Shown here piece after piece: positions 58,801-64,000 of a DNA stretch of 64,000 nucleotides (position 1 is the stretch's first letter; each line of letters opens with the position of its first letter). This DNA is from a virus, in the IMG/VR virus record IMGVR_UViG_3300033145_001320, positions 1 to 64,000 of that record; one strand, written 5' to 3'. Below the pieces are notes generated by a model, which did no database searches, was not told where the DNA came from, and worked only from the letters and a program-made list of their open reading frames with translations. Both the position numbers and the translations under genes were made by a program.

Positions 58801-58905
58801 AAACAACCCCTCAGGATGCCATTCGCCTGGCTTTGAGAAAAACTCTGTTGTAGTAACAGGAGTAAGTCCTTGTTTGAACTTTTTGATATCCAAAAATTGT
58901 ATCAT
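55882..58905 (-). CDS. rpoC: DNA-directed RNA polymerase beta' subunit, set 2
   Basis: GLFSEIIFGP, KRTDFSGRAVI, KRDPAL, catalytic NADFDGD, TADTGYMSRQL and GTQTIMKSFHTGG; 1007 aa. Lacks the N-terminal 4-Cys Zn domain. Confidence 0.96.
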   Translation of the reverse strand: MIQFLDIKKFKQGLTPVTTTEFFSKPGEWHPEGLFSEIIFGPEESTDRKKTFSYIKLNALVIHPSAYMLLLQLDRKIEKFLSTEETYKVNSQGLLITDPDGVTGISEFIKILPKIKFRGGTETRDKFIKKIKQSIKENNLFIDTVPVIPPEQRDAYQDEKGMWIYDPINDHYISLIRRAYQIKSASKSGPLFDLLNYELQKAVIAHDGFIRKLIQKKNGLIRSSLLAKRTDFSGRAVITPGPDLKVNEIGIPLRLAISLFEPFIIHRLFYSGQVDQAKLAAAVTKHTELELSIDSIKSVFKAVGSGDVLPPELYKIIWDAAEVAMMNRSVLAKRDPALRPESVRGFKPILVDGNTVRLCTLQVGGFNADFDGDTMAIYHPITTEAQAEVISKMMNGESGDSATAVTFELSKEMCVGLYTITKNVKRTAPPISVTNTDLQNASDPYIPVKYRGKTTTMGKAIFNSTFPLSYPFIDQEVNSKIVNGLIPVILEMYGREQAINTFSALKTIGFKFATISSPSITLDDIQLPTSILQLKKKLDGATTEEAAVLLEEMEKLLVEHLKGTGLYDLVQSGSGKGWTQPMQILVAKGLIADPTGKVLPAIKGSFADGLTNKEYFTAASGSRKGIIDRVLNTADTGYMSRQLAYVLNTVEIDRSLKDCKTKRHLSFRMTKEMKGIFTGRYILNGNSVERFDPGKTKVGDVVNLRSPILCESTKLCHTCYGDLLKRHKSPYVGVLAAQLVGEAGTQTIMKSFHTGGAVKIKDRDIRYDIIQNDPLTTKENIMKNLGQNNTELFTKRPMVLTLNKEDYPLPDDLVYNEIDNEIIVKALVCKVEYDDSIFNIILDYPAILKTYNDEKVGKEFTKISYEANSTVLEIPIQTDDTKAQIQYVRRLLGGREIYKDANHLFLKLFAVYGTLRNMDSVHLEVLLSQALRDKKNQSIPARLGQKWDPTMINIKQIVFKTSFIQGLAFENVNEAIKTGLITDDGGDPSILEKVLTGTLVETKKRRR

Positions 58906-58908
58906 TCT

Positions 58909-59370
58909 TTAGTCACCCATTGCTTTCGTTTTATTCATGTCCAAATGTTGTTTAATATTTTTGAACATTCTTGTTACTTTAGCTTTCTTAGCTCCCATAC
59001 TCATGGGTTTCGGTACAGTTTTTGATAAAATGCTATTTCTATGATTCAATTGATTCAATACTTTTTGAATATCATTTATATCGAACATATCGCTTTTCTC
59101 AGCCATAAGTTTCTGAACCATTTTAAGTGCAATTGCAATAACTTTCGGATCTTCAAAACCTGCTCTATTACATAACGGTAGTAGATACGGTGAAGTATCA
59201 CGACCAATAGGTAACAGTTTTAAGAAACATTTTGGCTTCTCGCCATACAAACGATCTCTTATATCTTTCTTCTGAAGATATGCTACAGAATCTTCTGGAT
59301 TAATTAATTCATTCGCTTTTCTAATTAATTCAGATAAATGCTGAATATCTTGTTTTATATCATCTCTCAT
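58909..59370 (-). CDS. Hypothetical protein, first gene of the RNAP set 2 operon
   Basis: 153 aa, GGAGG RBS. Confidence 0.65.
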   Translation of the reverse strand: MRDDIKQDIQHLSELIRKANELINPEDSVAYLQKKDIRDRLYGEKPKCFLKLLPIGRDTSPYLLPLCNRAGFEDPKVIAIALKMVQKLMAEKSDMFDINDIQKVLNQLNHRNSILSKTVPKPMSMGAKKAKVTRMFKNIKQHLDMNKTKAMGD

Positions 59371-59409
59371 CTAACAAATCCTCCATTGTGGGTGGATGTA
59401 TCCTATTTG

Positions 59410-59419
59410 TTTTTTGTTC
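59410..59419 (-). promoter_or_regulatory. GAACAAAAAA motif (candidate late promoter) upstream of the RNAP set 2 operon
   Basis: Same 10-mer as at 3808 and 5144, just after a terminator. Confidence 0.5.
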
Positions 59420-59434
59420 TGAATTTATAGATAC

Positions 59435-59466
59435 AAAAAAATAAAATGGGGGACTTACATCCCCCA
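59435..59466 (-). terminator. Rho-independent terminator
   Basis: TGGGGGA/TCCCCCA stem followed by TTTTATTTTTTT on the minus strand. Confidence 0.8.
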
Positions 59467-59472
59467 AATCAT

Positions 59473-60921
59473 TTAAAAATCAGCATTCATTAACTTTGTC
59501 ATAACTGCAATTTCATCTTCCATCTTATTTGCGAAATATAATGTGAAGAATTGTATCATACTATGTTCAATCTTTGATAATGGAATACCACCAAGTTTCC
59601 TTCCTGAAAGTAAATCACGAAAGTCAACTCTAGATACTCTACCAACATAGTGACAAAGTAATGTATGTGGAAGAATCTTTACATTAAACCCATAGAAGTC
59701 TTGATGTTTATCTGCTGCAGCAATAAATTCATGAACAGACTTAATCTTATATGTAGTTGTTAACGATGGACTTCTTGTTGGATAATAATTCAATAATGCA
59801 AATAAATCCTTATAATCAGTTGAAAATGCAAGTCTAAATAGATTTTGCATATAAACTGAAATGACAGCTGAATGTTCAGGTGATAATGTCTTAAAGTGAT
59901 GATATGGTATTTGCGTCATCTTTGACAATATTGGGTATATCAATGTTTCAGATAATGGTGAAATAAATTCGATTTCACTTGCTCTTTCATGAAAGGTTAT
60001 AATATCTTTATCGCTTTCATCCGGTTTATTATCAACAGTCAATGTTACCTGTTTCTGAAGCAATTCATATATCTTCTCATATGCAATGCCTTTCAACCGA
60101 CCCAATGTATCATTGAAACTATATGTCTTTAAGTTATCTGTATTAATTCCCTGAATATCCTCAGTTGAAATACTATCATCATAAACAATTGACCCTTTAT
60201 AAACTGATCGAAGAAACCATTTTACCGATTCATCAATTACCCCAACAAAATATGTAATCGGATTTTTGTCTTCTTCACACAGGATTAGAATATGATTCAT
60301 GATAAAGTTAAATATTTCAACAACATGTATTCCGATATCTTTACCTTGAACATTTTTAATATATTCCCACATAAATCTATCTGTGAGATTGTATCTAAAT
60401 GTTTTAGTTTTGATAACATCATAAATTTTTCTTACAACATCTGATTCAACAATTTCAGAAGCTAACTTATTGTAAACTTCACGATGCAAGGTTTGCCCTA
60501 ACTTTAACTTTTCGTTATTCGATATAGCTGAATATATTTTTAAATAGCACGATAAACGAATAATTGTTTCAATTTCATCGGGCATAAATAGAATTGAATT
60601 TTTCTTAGCTTTAGTTATATCAACAAACTGTGAAAAATCAATTTGTCTATAGTCTAAATATTTATTAACATATTCTTTAAGTTTTGGAATATTATCAATA
60701 ATAGCTTTCGGTCTTAATTCTTCGTCCTCGCAATCAGTCAATAATTTCATAAACCAGTCACTGAACTCTTCTCCACATAATTCAGCAACGCCCTCTATAA
60801 ATTTAGTTACAATAAAATATTTATTTGTAACAGAAGAAGATAAGAGCATGAGTTTTATTGGTTCATGTTTTTCATCAATTACTGTCCATTGTTTCGGACC
60901 ACCCTGTTCGATTCGTAGCAA
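59473..60921 (-). CDS. Hypothetical all-alpha protein (candidate sigma-like RNAP specificity subunit)
   Basis: 482 aa, TTG start after GGAGG, monocistronic between the candidate early promoter and a terminator. Function is inferred only. Confidence 0.5.
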   Translation of the reverse strand: MLRIEQGGPKQWTVIDEKHEPIKLMLLSSSVTNKYFIVTKFIEGVAELCGEEFSDWFMKLLTDCEDEELRPKAIIDNIPKLKEYVNKYLDYRQIDFSQFVDITKAKKNSILFMPDEIETIIRLSCYLKIYSAISNNEKLKLGQTLHREVYNKLASEIVESDVVRKIYDVIKTKTFRYNLTDRFMWEYIKNVQGKDIGIHVVEIFNFIMNHILILCEEDKNPITYFVGVIDESVKWFLRSVYKGSIVYDDSISTEDIQGINTDNLKTYSFNDTLGRLKGIAYEKIYELLQKQVTLTVDNKPDESDKDIITFHERASEIEFISPLSETLIYPILSKMTQIPYHHFKTLSPEHSAVISVYMQNLFRLAFSTDYKDLFALLNYYPTRSPSLTTTYKIKSVHEFIAAADKHQDFYGFNVKILPHTLLCHYVGRVSRVDFRDLLSGRKLGGIPLSKIEHSMIQFFTLYFANKMEDEIAVMTKLMNADF

Positions 60922-60947
60922 AAAATACCTCCTATGGCATGTAGTGA

Positions 60948-61036
60948 AATAACCCCGACATATAATTAAATATGCCGAGGTTATTCTAATGGTCTTCCAT
61001 TGTTGTCAGGGTTGGGGTGATTTCAACAGAAGACCA
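60948..61036 (-). other. Two tandem hairpins in the 5' leader of the 482-aa gene
   Basis: TGGTCTTC...GAAGACCA and AATAACCTCGGCATAT...ATATGTCGGGGTTATT (G-U pairs on the minus strand). Confidence 0.55.
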
Positions 61037-61063
61037 AAATTATACAGCGAACAATTCCCATCT

Positions 61064-61085
61064 ATTCAATAATTAATATATATAG
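61064..61085 (-). promoter_or_regulatory. Candidate early phage promoter CTATATATATTAATTATTGAAT
   Basis: 20/22 identical to 50860-50881. Confidence 0.6.
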
Positions 61086-61104
61086 TTGAGTATTGTATAA
61101 TTGA

Positions 61105-62016
61105 TTATTTTTCAATGATATGTTTAAAGGGTTTCATAAAAAGTCTCTTTGATACAACAGTTGTCCCTGGTTGAGTAACAACATCCTGAGCACATCTATT
61201 TGCATGTCTTGCCGCATCCAATTCTTTTACTCCCATTGCAATACATACTGACATAACAGCAACAACTGTATCCCCTGCACCAGAAACATTATAAATTTCA
61301 ACTGGTTCCGCAGGGATGCGCCAATAATAATCACCTCCAGATTTAATCAATGTCATTCCATCTTTTCCCTTTGTTACAAGAAAGAATTGAACATCAGTTA
61401 GTATATATGAAGAAGAAACTTGCATAGTATCCCATTCTTTTTCATTTGGGGTCATCATATAAACACCATTATACATATAAGCATTAATGGGTTTTGGATC
61501 AACAATTATTTTTACATTTTTTGATTTTAAATAAACCATCAAGTCTTCTGTGATCATACCTTTTGCATAATCCGAAATGACAATCATATCATAATCATTA
61601 ATGTTTATACTTTCAAGTCTTTTGATAGCTGATTCAGCTTTAACAGGTCTAATTGTTTCCCGATCTATTCTCAACATTTGAACTTGTCTTTGATCTGAAA
61701 TGATTCTTTCTTTGGCTATTGTTTGATAAGAACCCATTAATATTAGATTGGTATTTACTCCAATGTGATTAAGTTCATCCAAAACTTTTTTACCATCACG
61801 GTCACCTCCAATTGAAGCTAGGCAATCAACCGTTGCGCCTAGTTCTCTTATGTTTCTTGCAACATTACCACACCCTCCAAGAGTATGATATTCCTCAGAA
61901 ACATTAACAATAGGAACTGGTGCTTCAGGTGAAATTCTTGATACATCTCCAACAACATATTTGTCAAGCATGATATCGCCAACAACTAAAATTCTAACAT
62001 CCTCTGGGGTTTTCAT
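61105..62016 (-). CDS. hldA: D-glycero-beta-D-manno-heptose-7-phosphate kinase (HldA / RfaE domain I, PfkB family)
   Basis: VGDIMLD.Y..G.VSRISPEAPVP, LGG.GNVA.N, SDYAKG, VDPK, TPN..E and NVSGAGDTV. Confidence 0.9.
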   Translation of the reverse strand: MKTPEDVRILVVGDIMLDKYVVGDVSRISPEAPVPIVNVSEEYHTLGGCGNVARNIRELGATVDCLASIGGDRDGKKVLDELNHIGVNTNLILMGSYQTIAKERIISDQRQVQMLRIDRETIRPVKAESAIKRLESININDYDMIVISDYAKGMITEDLMVYLKSKNVKIIVDPKPINAYMYNGVYMMTPNEKEWDTMQVSSSYILTDVQFFLVTKGKDGMTLIKSGGDYYWRIPAEPVEIYNVSGAGDTVVAVMSVCIAMGVKELDAARHANRCAQDVVTQPGTTVVSKRLFMKPFKHIIEK

Positions 62017-62041
62017 ATATCTTAATGCTCCTTTATATTAC

Positions 62042-62078
62042 AAAAAAAGAGTGAGGATAACTATCATCCCCACTCTTT
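62042..62078 (-). terminator. Rho-independent terminator
   Basis: Minus strand AAAGAGTGGGGAT-loop-ATCCTCACTCTTTTTTT. Confidence 0.8.
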
Positions 62079-62111
62079 ATTATGTTCTAACTACTGGTAA
62101 AATCGACCGGT

Positions 62112-62826
62112 CTATCTGGTCATTTTCTTCTTTACGGGTTGTTCAAGGTCGTAATCAACCAGAGCAAAACCTTGCAACCAGGGTAGATCTCTTGTTCCAG
62201 CTTGGGCACTTGAATATCCCATGCCGCTGGAACTTACATTTGTGTGACCTGCACCATTGACCTGAGCTTGAGTCGTATTAAGACCAACGCCCCAACCAGA
62301 TGAGAACACATCACGTACAGCACCCTGAGCTGTGAAATGAATCACGTTGGCGCCTGCTTCTAATGCTTCCTTAGCAGCTGCGGCCATAACTTCAACCATA
62401 GTTGCATTTCGGCCATCGGACTTGGCAGTAACATAACCCGATTTTGATATACCGAGTGTCGCCGTTTTCTCTGCGGGTCGGTGCATCGTTGTAAGTAAGA
62501 TCAGCTATTTCAAGTTCGGCCTCAGCATCATCAAAACCCTTGAGTATACTGTCCAAAGCACCATCGCTAAACCAACATACATACATCAGTATGGTTTCAA
62601 CGGGCTGGAATCCTTCACTCGGTAATGGTTTGCCGAAGTAGTTAATGGCCGGACCGTATGCAGCACCACCGGGAATCGGGGCGGCAATACTTGTATTGTA
62701 AGAGTTAATGGGACCCTGAGTTATATCAGCATCAGACACAGCATCAGCGTCACTATCAGCCATGGCCGGGATTGCAAACAGAATGAACATTGCTGCAATT
62801 ACACTTACGAAAATATTTTTCATCAT
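62112..62826 (-). pseudogene. Secreted protein gene split by a frameshift (ORFs 62392..62826 and 62112..62486)
   Basis: The signal-peptide ORF becomes Cys-rich nonsense after ...TRYIKI, while a second frame resumes protein-like sequence at SGYVTAKS... The two ORFs overlap by 95 nt. Confidence 0.55.
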
Positions 62827-62866
62827 TATTTTTTGAACTCCTGTATTTAGGTGTTTATATTTTAAA

Positions 62867-62900
62867 GAATGTGACAGATAAATATTTATCTGTCACATTC
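62867..62900. repeat. Perfect 34-bp palindrome
   Basis: GAATGTGACAGATAAAT|ATTTATCTGTCACATTC. Confidence 0.9.
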
Positions 62901-62924
62901 AACATAAGTCAATCAAATCTGATA

Positions 62925-63842
62925 TTACCTGGGGTCACCTATTGACCCGTTAACTGTTGCTTGTGAAGAACCATGAACAGATATTACAGTCATGTTACCG
63001 GTCGTAGATATATTCCCATTTAGAGAAGCATTACCAGAACCTGAAACTCCACCGTTATAAGAGAAAGTGGTGGTACCGCCGGCAAAGCTATTTCCATTAG
63101 TAATTATACCACTGACCATACCAGAACCGGACACATTTGAAGCTACCAGATTCTTAGCATTTGTAGTAACACTATTTTGAGCATAACCGGAGATGCTTAC
63201 ACCCGGATTGATTGTAACAATGCTACTACCTTGGGTAGAAATTCCACCACTCAAACAATCAGCGCCGATTGCAAGACCGCGTCCAGAAGCATAGTCACTA
63301 CTTTCGTTCATGAAATAACCATTACTCATTTGCTGGGCACCGATACCACTTCCATTAGGGTATCCAATTTCGTTGACCCAGGTTTCCTGAGCAACGTTCC
63401 CACTAACACTGAGGTTAGTAACTACGGTTTCACGATCTCCACACAATCCAAGAGCAAGGCCGCCACCAATAATATGGCCATTGGTTGCTGCACTCGCTTC
63501 CGCTGCTGATGTATAACCGGAATCATTTACATCTGTCTTGGCACTGGACTCATCCATTCCTGTGAGACCGCCTGTCTCATATGCATATCCGGGAATCGTA
63601 AAACACCAAATTTTAATCGGCGCTGCTGAGGCCGATGTGGCAACTGTTCCATATGCAATACCGTTCGACGAGGCGATGGCACCATCATTACCTGGGGTTT
63701 TACTGGAATAATCGTCAGATGCTGCTCCACCTTCATAAAAACCGGTAACGGTTGCATTACCAGATCCACCACCTGCGATTGCCAAACTACCAAAACTGAA
63801 CATCAGTCCTGCTGCGATTAACGCAATAATTCTTTTCTTCAT
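62925..63842 (-). CDS. Secreted Gly/Ser/Ala-rich protein
   Basis: Signal peptide MKKRIIALIAAGLMFSFGSLAIA; low-complexity beta-repeat-like body; AAGGAG RBS. Confidence 0.75.
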   Translation of the reverse strand: MKKRIIALIAAGLMFSFGSLAIAGGGSGNATVTGFYEGGAASDDYSSKTPGNDGAIASSNGIAYGTVATSASAAPIKIWCFTIPGYAYETGGLTGMDESSAKTDVNDSGYTSAAEASAATNGHIIGGGLALGLCGDRETVVTNLSVSGNVAQETWVNEIGYPNGSGIGAQQMSNGYFMNESSDYASGRGLAIGADCLSGGISTQGSSIVTINPGVSISGYAQNSVTTNAKNLVASNVSGSGMVSGIITNGNSFAGGTTTFSYNGGVSGSGNASLNGNISTTGNMTVISVHGSSQATVNGSIGDPR

Positions 63843-63939
63843 TTTAAAACTCCTTGCTATTTAAGGTTTATGTTTCAATTTGTTATAAGCTTATACTAAA
63901 TTCCTACTTCCATGCAGACCTCATGATTAGTCTGCGGCA

Positions 63940-64000
63940 TCAGTTCTTTTGACGATCTGATACTTCTTTGATACGATCCTCTGTTGCCGGAGTAATCGCA
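63940..64000 (-). CDS. 3' end of a gene entering from the right
   Basis: ...AITPATEDRIKEVSDRQKN*, followed by a GCAGAC/GTCTGC hairpin. Confidence 0.4.
   Translation of the reverse strand, partial: AITPATEDRIKEVSDRQKN

Noticed and set aside
2132-58905. Inteins or group I introns in terminase, RNAP, helicase or topoisomerase genes
   Set aside because: The ORFs are continuous with expected motif spacing, and no intein C...HN/LAGLIDADG blocks were seen.
184-62260. All plus-strand ORFs in the track (e.g. 490..1098, 12441..12869, 54873..55265)
   Set aside because: They are antisense shadows of long, motif-bearing minus-strand genes, with no RBS or recognisable motifs.
1-64000. Genome-wide stop-codon reassignment
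   Set aside because: Long genes are intact in code 11, and TAA, TAG and TGA all terminate tightly packed genes. Only one suspicious internal TAA was seen.

Overview
This is an AT-rich 64-kb segment of a large (jumbo-type) tailed dsDNA phage genome. Essentially all genes are on the minus strand, in the standard code. Core genes: T4-like terminase large subunit, a tape-measure-like gene running off the left end, TWO complete unsplit beta'/beta RNA polymerase pairs, Mre11/Rad50, SF2 helicase, type II topoisomerase A and B, MoxR-vWA, an SSB-like protein, a mini PolB, FolE2, QueD, an HldA-like heptose kinase, three HNH endonucleases and a short type IV prepilin. Three things stand out. (1) At 50394-50796 there is an array of four unannotated ncRNA units. 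Each has the same bulged-stem scaffold and displays a tRNA anticodon-like stem-loop; two carry near-complete tRNA bodies. The array lies directly upstream of a Ro60/TROVE-like helical+vWA gene and an ARPP-like gene, suggesting a Y-RNA-like tRNA-mimic RNP. (2) At 16967-23592 there is a complete phage-encoded ubiquitin-like cassette: giant E2, JAB, E1, Rho-N-fused Ubl, a second E1 and a mini-E2, placed just upstream of one RNAP pair. (3) Five small proteins share an N-terminal MKxKxDF(V/I)(T/A)NSSS motif near a radical SAM gene. Two recurring intergenic motifs look like early and late phage promoters and allow a tentative assignment of virion versus non-virion RNAP. All family calls come from motif recognition by eye; no searches were run.
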